Virus record (IMG/VR): IMGVR_UViG_3300020470_000096
Coordinates: 1-34,200 of that record
Length of the DNA stretch: 34,200 bases
Origin: a virus
Lineage: Duplodnaviria > Caudoviricetes
Direction: 5' to 3' (one strand)
Shown: positions 20,157 through 27,568 of the stretch, one piece after another
Position numbering within the stretch: position 1 is the stretch's first letter
Layout: every line of letters starts with the position of its first letter
Notes under the pieces: generated by a model
Database searches by the model: none
What the model was told of the DNA's origin: nothing
What the model saw: the letters and a program-made list of their open reading frames with translations, nothing else
Translations under genes and position numbers: made by a program

Positions 20157-22958
20157 TTATATTTCTGATATTTCTACTTTTAATTTTATATCTCCTACTC
20201 CGGTATAGGTTCGACTAAGGCCAGTAAATGTATATGTAGGCCATCCAGTTCCTTGACCGATACCTCCATCAATATTTTGGGTGGATAAAAAAGGCATATT
20301 TTTTACTTCTGTCCACACAATACCATCTGTTGACGTCAAAAACTTAATATACCCATTAAAATAAGCTATACTATTTGGATAACTTCTCGTAACCGTTACT
20401 TCTATAGAACCAGCACTACCAATTTGACATAGCGTACCCAACCCAGCACCGGGCGTAGATTGTTCTATTGTAAAATTTCCAGAACCAGGTCCAGTTCCTG
20501 TTAAATAACTCCCATCTGCATTTTTTCCTCGCCAAAATACCACCCATGTAATTGCATCCACATCACCTCCATCTACTACTTCTCCTAAAGATGAAGTTAG
20601 ATTGATAGTAGAGAAGGCTCGCTTTAAAGTTCCTGTAATGGACAATGTTTCTATTTTTGGATCATAAGGAGTAATTGTCCCTGCTCCTGAAGCCGCAGGT
20701 GTTGTACCAAAAGTTCCACTTAATGTAGCACCAGGAGTAATGGTATATGTATTACTTGCTTGATCCCAATAAGTTCCAGGTGCATTTACAATACTAATTG
20801 GGGCATAACTATAATTTTCTCCTATAGCACCACTAACTTTTTGTTGACCTGTAGTACATGCTGGAGCAAAGGAACAAGGACTATTTGGAGTAATTGTTAA
20901 ATCTGTAATACTTACGGCATTAGTGCCACCAATAAAAGTAACTCCTGCTGTTACTGCAGCATAAGCATCAAGCATTCTATATTCCAGAGGTTTAGCAGCG
21001 GGATCATTACATAGTAAAGCTTTTGCATATACAGTAACTGTATTACCAGTTGTTGATGTAGCAATAACTTTTAAATCTGCAGGTGTTAATGCAGCACCTG
21101 ATGCATCTTCATACGTAAGTGCTGATGTAATTGTATAATCTGGAGAACTAGCTGTTAATGTCTGAACTCCCCAAGTAACTGTTTCATTATATCTAGCTAT
21201 TACATTATCTCCCTGTCCTGCTAATCTAGTTGGAGTAGCTACTATCATTGGGCTTAAACTATAAGAATCAGCTGGAGCTATGCCTGATCCTTGACAACTA
21301 CCTGTTGTATCAAGTGTTATTCTTGAAGTATCAACTACAATATTTGCAGGATATTCTACCCAATCCCACGTTGCATTAATATTGTGAGTAACAGGAATAG
21401 TAGTAGAAGGTGCAGTAGTTGAAATTGATCCACTGGCCCAAGCTGCTCCCCAAGCACCTCCATCATATGTTGGATTTACGCTCCATTTATATGTATTTGC
21501 ATCTTTTATTTTTATAAGTGGTCCAAATGAATAATTATATGGAAGCGTTGCTGAATAACCACTTGCTGGATCATAAGCACCAGGTAATGCATGTGATGTA
21601 TCATATTCCCATACTGTATTTAATCCATCTGTTATATTCCCTTGTAAATTAATATCAAGCAAAGCTCTTATACTTGGAATAACAGGACAAGTAATTGTAC
21701 CGGTTATTGCTATAGTAGCTGTAGAATCTGCAGAACCTATACTTCCAGAAGTTCCAAAAGCAGGACCCATACCACTGTAACTAGTACCTGGAGCAAAAAT
21801 TAAAGTAGTTAAAAAATCATAAGGTGTGCCAGTAGGTCCTGTAATTGATTGTGGCAGAGGAGGATCAAAACTATATGAACTATCACATGGTCCACCATTT
21901 ACTATTAAACCTGAAACATCATATTCTGCTGTAACTGTAAATTCTGCTGTTTCCCCAATTATAATATATAAAGTATTAGGGTCTTTAGCGGGTATTGCAT
22001 TGTATTGAGATTGAGTTAAAGTAACTGCATATTTAGCAACTGCAGTAGTATCATAAGTATCGGTGTTATTTACTACTTTATGCTCATCTCCAGTATCTGT
22101 ATGATCTTTAACCTTTACAAGCATTTCTTCGGTAAAATCTCTAGGCATCATATTTTTTACAGTACTCGATGTTGTTTGATTATATGATATTTCATCATTA
22201 AGACCAATTGGTGCATTGCTTCCTACCGATTCTATAATGTTATTATTACCTGAATACGATACTGCTAGTTTACCTGCTGCAGGTTCAGTTAAGCCGGGAC
22301 CACTTGAAAACCCTGTAACAGTACCAGGATTTGCAGTCGAACTAATTTTCACATTGTCACCACTTGTTGCGCTTAATGTTATATTACCTCCCGCTCTTAT
22401 TTCTGTTACCCCTGCATTTGTAATAGTAACTGCACCAGTGGGTCCACTCGTTGAGATTCCACCCCCGGGTATTATATTATTTGCAACTGCATTAGGTCCC
22501 TCGATCTTAACTGTGACAGCATCTAAAAAATTTGAAGCAATAACCCCGCCGTCTGTAAAGTCTAAAGTTACTGCTCCTCCGCCTACTGATGTAACATCAA
22601 AACCTTCCTTTCTGATAGGAAGTTCTTCAGGTACTGGGCCTGGCGTAGACCAGGTTCCATCACCTCTTAAATATGTACTTCTTGATGGAGTACCAGTGGC
22701 GGATATACTCGGTGTTATTGTACCTGTTGTAGTTAACGCAGGTATAGCAAGTCCACCTTGGGTAATTTGTAGGTTTATAAATGGTGAACTCTCTGTTTTA
22801 ATAGATGATACCGTACTTACTCCTTTCGATGCAAGTATTACAGCAGAAATCTCACTAACTGGGATGTTTCTTGTGACATTCTCATTGCTTCTGTCAACGC
22901 CGATTAAATAATCAGTGGAAGCAAGGGTTCCTGCCGGGTACTTATCTATTATTGCCAT
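20157..22958 (-). CDS. Tail fibre-like protein (paralog)
   Basis: First ~335 aa colinear with 18588..20150 (YLRGDGTW, NNTDTY, LTQSQYNAIPAKDPNTLYII), then divergent beta-rich domains. Confidence 0.75.
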   Translation of the reverse strand: MAIIDKYPAGTLASTDYLIGVDRSNENVTRNIPVSEISAVILASKGVSTVSSIKTESSPFINLQITQGGLAIPALTTTGTITPSISATGTPSRSTYLRGDGTWSTPGPVPEELPIRKEGFDVTSVGGGAVTLDFTDGGVIASNFLDAVTVKIEGPNAVANNIIPGGGISTSGPTGAVTITNAGVTEIRAGGNITLSATSGDNVKISSTANPGTVTGFSSGPGLTEPAAGKLAVSYSGNNNIIESVGSNAPIGLNDEISYNQTTSSTVKNMMPRDFTEEMLVKVKDHTDTGDEHKVVNNTDTYDTTAVAKYAVTLTQSQYNAIPAKDPNTLYIIIGETAEFTVTAEYDVSGLIVNGGPCDSSYSFDPPLPQSITGPTGTPYDFLTTLIFAPGTSYSGMGPAFGTSGSIGSADSTATIAITGTITCPVIPSIRALLDINLQGNITDGLNTVWEYDTSHALPGAYDPASGYSATLPYNYSFGPLIKIKDANTYKWSVNPTYDGGAWGAAWASGSISTTAPSTTIPVTHNINATWDWVEYPANIVVDTSRITLDTTGSCQGSGIAPADSYSLSPMIVATPTRLAGQGDNVIARYNETVTWGVQTLTASSPDYTITSALTYEDASGAALTPADLKVIATSTTGNTVTVYAKALLCNDPAAKPLEYRMLDAYAAVTAGVTFIGGTNAVSITDLTITPNSPCSFAPACTTGQQKVSGAIGENYSYAPISIVNAPGTYWDQASNTYTITPGATLSGTFGTTPAASGAGTITPYDPKIETLSITGTLKRAFSTINLTSSLGEVVDGGDVDAITWVVFWRGKNADGSYLTGTGPGSGNFTIEQSTPGAGLGTLCQIGSAGSIEVTVTRSYPNSIAYFNGYIKFLTSTDGIVWTEVKNMPFLSTQNIDGGIGQGTGWPTYTFTGLSRTYTGVGDIKLKVEISEI

Positions 22959-22961
22959 TAT

Positions 22962-23066
22962 TTATGAATATACTTCTATATCGCCTAAATATATTTTTGT
23001 TACTGACTGCGATCCTACATAAACCGCAGAAGGAGTTAAACTCCCTAATCTAATATCTACTGCCAT
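22962..23066 (-). CDS. 34-aa peptide resembling a fibre adaptor module
   Basis: Manual translation MAVDIRLGSLTPSAVYVGSQSVTKIYLGDIEVYS; exactly fills the gap between neighbours. Confidence 0.65.
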   Translation of the reverse strand: MAVDIRLGSLTPSAVYVGSQSVTKIYLGDIEVYS

Positions 23067-23068
23067 GA

Positions 23069-23371
23069 TTATAAGTTATTTTTTTTCTGATAGTTAGCTG
23101 TAATTCTGTCGTAGGCTAATTTGGTAGCCTCTATTTGTTCTTCGGGTGACAAATTCTTACCTATTGCCATTGCTTTTTTATATTTCCTATCAGCTGATTT
23201 CTTTAACCTTATACTTTTTTTAGTATGGATGAGCCCTTCATGCATATTGGGACCCACCTCATCGGCCTTTATGATGGCTTTCCCAAGTTTTTTACCAGCC
23301 TTCTTTACCTTACGGTTGAATAAAGGAGAACTCGAAACTCCTGTCTTATAAAATGGTGATTGTTTTTTCAT
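23069..23371 (-). CDS. Lys-rich small protein with SPF/SPL motifs
   Basis: 100 aa, MKKQSPFYK..SSSPLFNR; first gene of the late arm. Confidence 0.65.
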   Translation of the reverse strand: MKKQSPFYKTGVSSSPLFNRKVKKAGKKLGKAIIKADEVGPNMHEGLIHTKKSIRLKKSADRKYKKAMAIGKNLSPEEQIEATKLAYDRITANYQKKNNL

Positions 23372-23453
23372 GTTTTATATTTAAAGTGTATACTTACTAT
23401 ATTTACACAAAATCACTTGTTTTTACGTATAAAATAAGTTATTTACAAAAATA

Positions 23454-23544
23454 TGACATTAGGTAGTTATTCTTATACTACTTATAATGGTATTATATAG
23501 AATATAATACATAATATAACTAATAGTGACATAAGGTAGTTACT
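23454..23544 (+). repeat. Direct repeat TGACATWAGGTAGTTA (23454 and 23527)
   Basis: TGACATTAGGTAGTTA vs TGACATAAGGTAGTTA, 15/16 identical, 73 bp apart. Confidence 0.75.
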
Positions 23545-23570
23545 TAAGGTATATTTATTAGCTATTGTCA
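23527..23570. promoter_or_regulatory. TGACA-N34-TGTCA inverted site 1
   Basis: Exact 34-nt spacer, also found at 23807 and 29669. Confidence 0.6.
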
Positions 23571-23806
23571 CATAATTACTCGTATTTAGCTTGTAAGATA
23601 TAGAGAAGTGTTGTATTCCACCTATCCTCCTGATTATCAACCCATTACGAAAACGGTTTTCATTTTGGCCCACGGACCCCTTTTTCACATAATTTTATCA
23701 AAAGTTTTTGACTTTTTCTGTATATACATGGAAATATTTAGACTTTTAAGCTAAAGCTAATTCTACCATGTTTATAATTGTATTCATTTACATTTCAATT
23801 ACAATA

Positions 23807-23850
23807 TGACACTATGACATTAATATATATAATTATATGTCATGATGTCA
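23807..23850. promoter_or_regulatory. TGACA-N34-TGTCA inverted site 2, with inner duplicated half-sites
   Basis: TGACA CTA TGACA ... TGTCA TGA TGTCA. Confidence 0.6.
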
Positions 23851-23903
23851 TGTGGTATACATACTCAACATTTTTTATATACAAATAATTCTACACCTTT
23901 TTG

Positions 23904-23934
23904 TACAAACTAAATACGATGTCTAATAGATAAT
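23904..23934 (+). promoter_or_regulatory. Phage promoter-like motif, copy 1
   Basis: TACAAAC TAAATACG N9 AGATAAT. Confidence 0.75.
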
Positions 23935-23956
23935 ATAATAAAGAAATATAAATACT

Positions 23957-24097
23957 ATGACTATATATATTTACAATAACGAAAACAATAATTACATTGA
24001 CCAAATGTATTTAACTAATATTAATAATAAAAAAGAAATAGAAAATAATATAAAAGAATATTATAATTTAAACGAAATTTATTATTCAATAATGTAA
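23957..24097 (+). CDS. Tiny early ORF (46 aa)
   Basis: MTIYIYNNENNNYIDQ...; lies between motif copies 1 and 2. Confidence 0.5.
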   Translation: MTIYIYNNENNNYIDQMYLTNINNKKEIENNIKEYYNLNEIYYSIM

Positions 24098-24100
24098 TAA

Positions 24101-24131
24101 TACAAAGTAAATACTAATAACAATAGATAAT
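24101..24131 (+). promoter_or_regulatory. Phage promoter-like motif, copy 2
   Basis: TACAAAG TAAATACT N9 AGATAAT. Confidence 0.7.
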
Positions 24132-24165
24132 ATAATAAATAATAATAACAATAAATATAATAAAT

Positions 24166-24399
24166 ATGAATACTAATAAATTAACAAATAGATTTGTCAT
24201 AAGTGTAAATGGCATTAAAAATAAAGTAACTAACGAATTCGTGAATAAAAAAGGTGAAAGATTTGTCTATAATCAACACGTAATATTCACTCAATTAAAA
24301 GATAAATTTGAAAACATGAATTGTTTTAAAAAATATAAAACTTATACTTCAACTAATAATTTACCAACTTTCGTTAGAAATCTTGAGAAATTAGTTTAA
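24166..24399 (+). CDS. Hypothetical early protein
   Basis: 77 aa, between motif copies 2 and 3. Confidence 0.65.
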   Translation: MNTNKLTNRFVISVNGIKNKVTNEFVNKKGERFVYNQHVIFTQLKDKFENMNCFKKYKTYTSTNNLPTFVRNLEKLV

Positions 24400-24430
24400 T
24401 ACAAATTAAATACGATTATCAATAGATAAT
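24400..24430 (+). promoter_or_regulatory. Phage promoter-like motif, copy 3
   Basis: TACAAAT TAAATACG N9 AGATAAT. Confidence 0.75.
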
Positions 24431-24484
24431 ATAATAAAGAAGTTTTATAAAATTCGTTGCCTTCTAAAAAATATTAACGAATGA

Positions 24485-24528
24485 TTGAGTAAAAGGTTAA
24501 TGTGAGTTCGATTCTCACTACTCAACTA
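24485..24528 (+). ncRNA. tRNA-like minihelix (acceptor stem plus T arm only)
   Basis: TTGAGTA-AAAGGTTAAT-GTGAG-TTCGATT-CTCAC-TACTCAA-CTA: perfect 7-bp and 5-bp stems with a canonical T loop. Confidence 0.65.
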
Positions 24529-24656
24529 TGAATAAATTAAATAAAATATACGAAGAATTACAATTAATAGAAGAATTCGAATCTAACTTTAATATCACTA
24601 AAGAATCTAAAGAAAGACGAGAATACTTGTTAAAAATAATAAATAAAAATGAGTAA
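24528..24656 (+). CDS. Tiny early ORF (42 aa)
   Basis: MNKLNKIYEELQLIEEFES... Confidence 0.5.
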   Translation: MNKLNKIYEELQLIEEFESNFNITKESKERREYLLKIINKNE

Positions 24657-24813
24657 AATGTTTAAATTAAATCCGAGAATTAAAAACGATATAGAACAAA
24701 TCTTAGATGATTATGAGATAGATGAATTTTATCCTTTAAAAGAACAAGATTTTCATTATTTAGTGAAAAACTTAGTTGAATATGTAGAAAATTATAAAAA
24801 ATATGCAAAATGA
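24649..24813 (+). CDS. Tiny early ORF (54 aa)
   Basis: MSKMFKLNPRIKNDIEQIL...; overlaps both neighbours. Confidence 0.55.
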   Translation: MSKMFKLNPRIKNDIEQILDDYEIDEFYPLKEQDFHYLVKNLVEYVENYKKYAK

Positions 24814-24935
24814 GTAAAATGTATGAATTTGAAGGAAAATTACTAACTAGAAATGAATACTTCAATATAATGTTTGGCAATGAATTTATGAATTCAAATG
24901 ACAAAGGAACTTTAAAAGAATATAAAAATGAGTAA
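24810..24935 (+). CDS. Tiny early ORF (41 aa)
   Basis: MSKMYEFEGKLLTRNEYF...; ATGA overlap. Confidence 0.55.
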   Translation: MSKMYEFEGKLLTRNEYFNIMFGNEFMNSNDKGTLKEYKNE

Positions 24936-25128
24936 AACAAAAGAACTTAGAATGATAATTGATTGTGTAAAAGGAATTGTACATGATGAATTGGTAAAAG
25001 CAGTTGAGTGGCAAGTAGATGACACTTCAATTGGTGAATTAGAAAATGATGAATTTAATGAAAGTACAAATTACATCATGAAAATAACTTTAGAAGAATT
25101 ATTAGATGAAATTAATAGAAATAAATAA
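24928..25128 (+). CDS. Small acidic early protein
   Basis: 66 aa, D/E-rich. Confidence 0.6.
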   Translation: MSKTKELRMIIDCVKGIVHDELVKAVEWQVDDTSIGELENDEFNESTNYIMKITLEELLDEINRNK

Positions 25129-25486
25129 AAATGGTACAGAAATGTATCGATTAGACGATGGTAGATTAGGTAAAATTTATCCAAGTGGTTACGTTAGAGT
25201 AACAATAATAAATCATGGTATTGTTAATGGTAAATATTCTCACCGTGATTCTACTAAAAACAGTAGATGGTATCAAATAAATAAGGTAGAAAAATATAAA
25301 GATGATAAATATCCATCATGGAATTTTCACAGAAGAATATTAATACCACAGAAAAATGACAGATTGTCATTACTTCAAGCATTTAATGATAAAAATTGTG
25401 ACAAAATGACACATAAAATTAAAAAGCTAGAAAGTTACATAAAGAATTTATTGTGGATAATAAACAATGAAAGAAGTAAAAGATGA
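25106..25486 (+). CDS. Hypothetical early protein
   Basis: 126 aa ORF in the overlapping gene string. Confidence 0.65.
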   Translation: MKLIEINKNGTEMYRLDDGRLGKIYPSGYVRVTIINHGIVNGKYSHRDSTKNSRWYQINKVEKYKDDKYPSWNFHRRILIPQKNDRLSLLQAFNDKNCDKMTHKIKKLESYIKNLLWIINNERSKR

Positions 25487-25620
25487 AAAATTTATATTAT
25501 GGTTCAATTTTAAGACAAAATGACATAGATGGTATGACATATTGTCATGAAATTGGTAAATGGATAGATACAGAAGAATTAATAAAACACTATTATGAAA
25601 CAGGTGAAGAAATACGATAG
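25483..25620 (+). CDS. Tiny early ORF (45 aa)
   Basis: MKNLYYGSILRQNDIDGMTYCHEIGKW...; ATGA overlap. Confidence 0.5.
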   Translation: MKNLYYGSILRQNDIDGMTYCHEIGKWIDTEELIKHYYETGEEIR

Positions 25621-25717
25621 AAAAACTAAAACTAAAAGAATTAGTTTATTTAAATTTTCAAGAGCAGAATTTGAAGCATTTGAAAGAGAATATTGGAAGA
25701 AATATAATACAAATTAA
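25595..25717 (+). CDS. Tiny early ORF (40 aa)
   Basis: MKQVKKYDRKTK...; its stop codon is the TAA of motif copy 4. Confidence 0.45.
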   Translation: MKQVKKYDRKTKTKRISLFKFSRAEFEAFEREYWKKYNTN

Positions 25718-25738
25718 ATACGAATACAAATAGATAAT
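25708..25738 (+). promoter_or_regulatory. Phage promoter-like motif, copy 4
   Basis: TACAAAT TAAATACG N9 AGATAAT. Confidence 0.75.
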
Positions 25739-25754
25739 AATAATAAATAAGAAT

Positions 25755-25940
25755 ATGAATATAACAAAGAAAATGATTGATGAGAAATTGCTACAAATAG
25801 CAGAATTTGAAGCAAAATGGGGTGAAAACACTCATACCAGAGCAATGAAAAAATATTGCACGAATGAAAAATATAGAAATAATGTACATGCTTTTAATAA
25901 AGCAAGTGTTAATACAATGCTAGGTTATGAAAAATACTAA
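25755..25940 (+). CDS. Hypothetical early protein
   Basis: 61 aa, directly after motif copy 4. Confidence 0.65.
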   Translation: MNITKKMIDEKLLQIAEFEAKWGENTHTRAMKKYCTNEKYRNNVHAFNKASVNTMLGYEKY

Positions 25941-26091
25941 ATGGTGTTTTAAAAATAGTAGAAAACTAGGTAAAATTGAAGGTAAAATTTATGCCTTGAA
26001 ACTAATGATAAAAGGATTTTGTTCAGATGATAATCCTTTATTAGTACAAATAGAAGAAATAGAAGAATTAGTAAAACAAATAGAATTATGA
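25927..26091 (+). CDS. Tiny early ORF (54 aa)
   Basis: MKNTKWCFKNSRKLGKIEGKIY...; ATGA overlap with the next ORF. Confidence 0.5.
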   Translation: MKNTKWCFKNSRKLGKIEGKIYALKLMIKGFCSDDNPLLVQIEEIEELVKQIEL

Positions 26092-26309
26092 ACAGAGTAA
26101 TAAATAGATCAAGATTTAGAATTGGATTTCACATAAATAAGAAATATAATTTTGTAAAAGGATTAACAATAAGTCAAATCTTAGTATATACTTGGATTGG
26201 AATATTAGCGTTGACAGCTATTTTTGGAATAATTGCAGTATTTGCTACAGCGATTATTGATCCAGAAGGATTTGGAAATGCTATGAATTCAAGTGGATTT
26301 GAATTTTAA
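26088..26309 (+). CDS. Small membrane protein
   Basis: Hydrophobic stretch ILVYTWIGILALTAIFGIIAVFATAII. Confidence 0.6.
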   Translation: MNRVINRSRFRIGFHINKKYNFVKGLTISQILVYTWIGILALTAIFGIIAVFATAIIDPEGFGNAMNSSGFEF

Positions 26310-26310
26310 T

Positions 26311-26524
26311 AGGGAAAAGTCTGGAAACCAAATAGATATTGCTGTCATCGATGCAGGCAACTCTATAGGTAGAAGGGAAAAGTCTGGAAAGATTGTAGAT
26401 AAGAGAACCAGATGGTGCAAGGTGCGTCCTACGCACTGGTAATCTAGTAGATCAGAAAGGTGATATAAACAGAAAGTAGTGATAGTCGCGACCACGAAAT
26501 CATTCCAGTTTCACCCGTTCCCTT
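26311..26524 (+). ncRNA. Candidate structured non-coding RNA upstream of tRNA-fMet
   Basis: GC-richer island, 17-nt direct repeat, several complementary segments, and 5'/3' closing helices. Confidence 0.55.
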
Positions 26525-26529
26525 TATAT

Positions 26530-26601
<72 letters not shown>

Positions 26602-26620
26602 CTAATTTAAATAAAATACA

Positions 26621-26698
26621 ATGGTAGAACAAGGAGCAATTATAACATTATTATTAATAGTGTTAGCATTAGCAATTATATATAAACTATTTAATTAA
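26621..26698 (+). CDS. Tiny single-TM peptide (25 aa)
   Basis: MVEQGAIITLLLIVLALAIIYKLFN, A-rich leader. Confidence 0.45.
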   Translation: MVEQGAIITLLLIVLALAIIYKLFN

Positions 26699-26703
26699 TT
26701 AAA

Positions 26704-26916
26704 ATGAATAAATTTAAACAGAATCACACAATAGTAATCAATATTAAAAATTTGTCTGATGAAAATAGTTGGGCAATGGAAGAAAGATATGAATTAGATA
26801 TGAAACTATTATTTGAAAATAAAGTAATAGACAATAAATATAAAATTATTTATAAAAAATCTAAAATATTAAGAAAAATTATGAATTTTATAGAATTAAA
26901 ATATAATGAATTATAA
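26704..26916 (+). CDS. Hypothetical protein
   Basis: 70 aa. Confidence 0.55.
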   Translation: MNKFKQNHTIVINIKNLSDENSWAMEERYELDMKLLFENKVIDNKYKIIYKKSKILRKIMNFIELKYNEL

Positions 26917-26942
26917 ATTAAATACGAATAAAAATAGATAAT
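26912..26942 (+). promoter_or_regulatory. Phage promoter-like motif, copy 5
   Basis: TATAAAT TAAATACG N9 AGATAAT. Confidence 0.75.
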
Positions 26943-26948
26943 AAATAT

Positions 26949-27161
26949 ATGAAAACTATAAAACACATAAATAAAAATCTAATTTCTGTTAATAAACAGT
27001 TTTATAAAGGTTATTTACTTGGAGATTTACCTCCAACATTTTCTTTCTTATTTAAAGAAGAAATGAAATGGAATGACACAGAAGAAGAATATGAAACTAC
27101 AAAAGTATATGGAATTAGTAAATGGTTTAATTACAAAGGTTTAACATGGATACAATTATGA
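26949..27161 (+). CDS. Hypothetical protein
   Basis: 70 aa, directly after motif copy 5. Confidence 0.65.
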   Translation: MKTIKHINKNLISVNKQFYKGYLLGDLPPTFSFLFKEEMKWNDTEEEYETTKVYGISKWFNYKGLTWIQL

Positions 27162-27433
27162 AGAAATTAACACAAGAAGAATTAAATCAAAGAGCTAGTG
27201 ATAAAGCATTTTCTAAAATATTCTTTTTAGAAGAAGATTTAAAACAGGCTAAAAAGGATGTAATAACAGGTGGTGATGGTAGAAATAGTCAAGAATTATT
27301 AGAAATATGTCGAGATTCTACATATAGAGAATTACAAACCTGGAATTATATAGCTCAATTAATAGAGTTAGATAATAAAGAAGGAACTTCTGATGTAGAA
27401 GTTTTAAAAAATTTAATTAAAATAAATAAATAA
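27146..27433 (+). CDS. Hypothetical helical protein
   Basis: 95 aa; the true start may be the second Met (MKKLTQEE). Confidence 0.6.
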   Translation: MDTIMKKLTQEELNQRASDKAFSKIFFLEEDLKQAKKDVITGGDGRNSQELLEICRDSTYRELQTWNYIAQLIELDNKEGTSDVEVLKNLIKINK

Positions 27434-27568
27434 ATGGCGAATAAACCAATAAAACCTTATATATATCAAGTAACTTATGTTGAAAATGGTCATCAAATGT
27501 CGTTTCAAGGAAGTGCTAGAGATGTTATAATACATATATTGGATTCGCAAATTAAATATGGGAACTAG
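27434..27568 (+). CDS. Tiny ORF (44 aa)
   Basis: MANKPIKPYIYQVTYVENGHQMSF...; fills the gap. Confidence 0.5.
   Translation: MANKPIKPYIYQVTYVENGHQMSFQGSARDVIIHILDSQIKYGN

Larger units (their letters stand above)
23372..23950. other. Divergent non-coding region between late and early arms (possible genome end/packaging or origin region)
   Basis: Coding strand switches here; contains TGACA repeats and a short GC-richer patch (~23608-23690). Confidence 0.55.

Noticed and set aside
9051-22958. Diversity-generating retroelement acting on fibre genes
   Set aside because: No reverse transcriptase and no near-identical TR/VR pair differing at adenines was seen.
642-23351. Plus-strand ORFs in the track (e.g. 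7116..7583, 22216..22911, 15864..16172)
   Set aside because: Antisense shadows of well-supported minus-strand genes, with no independent motifs.
24485-24528. Minihelix as an attP copy of a host tRNA 3' end
   Set aside because: No integrase in the window, and an attP would not need the complementary 5' acceptor strand. Not fully excluded.
26311-26390. Two 17-nt repeats as a minimal CRISPR repeat-spacer-repeat
   Set aside because: The repeat is too short, the 46-nt intervening sequence is itself a hairpin, and the repeats pair with a downstream segment.
26311-26524. Firm call as RNase P RNA or tmRNA
   Set aside because: Only a P4-like helix is visible; other conserved RNase P regions are not in register, and there are no tRNA-Ala-like ends or tag ORF. 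Kept as a hypothesis only.
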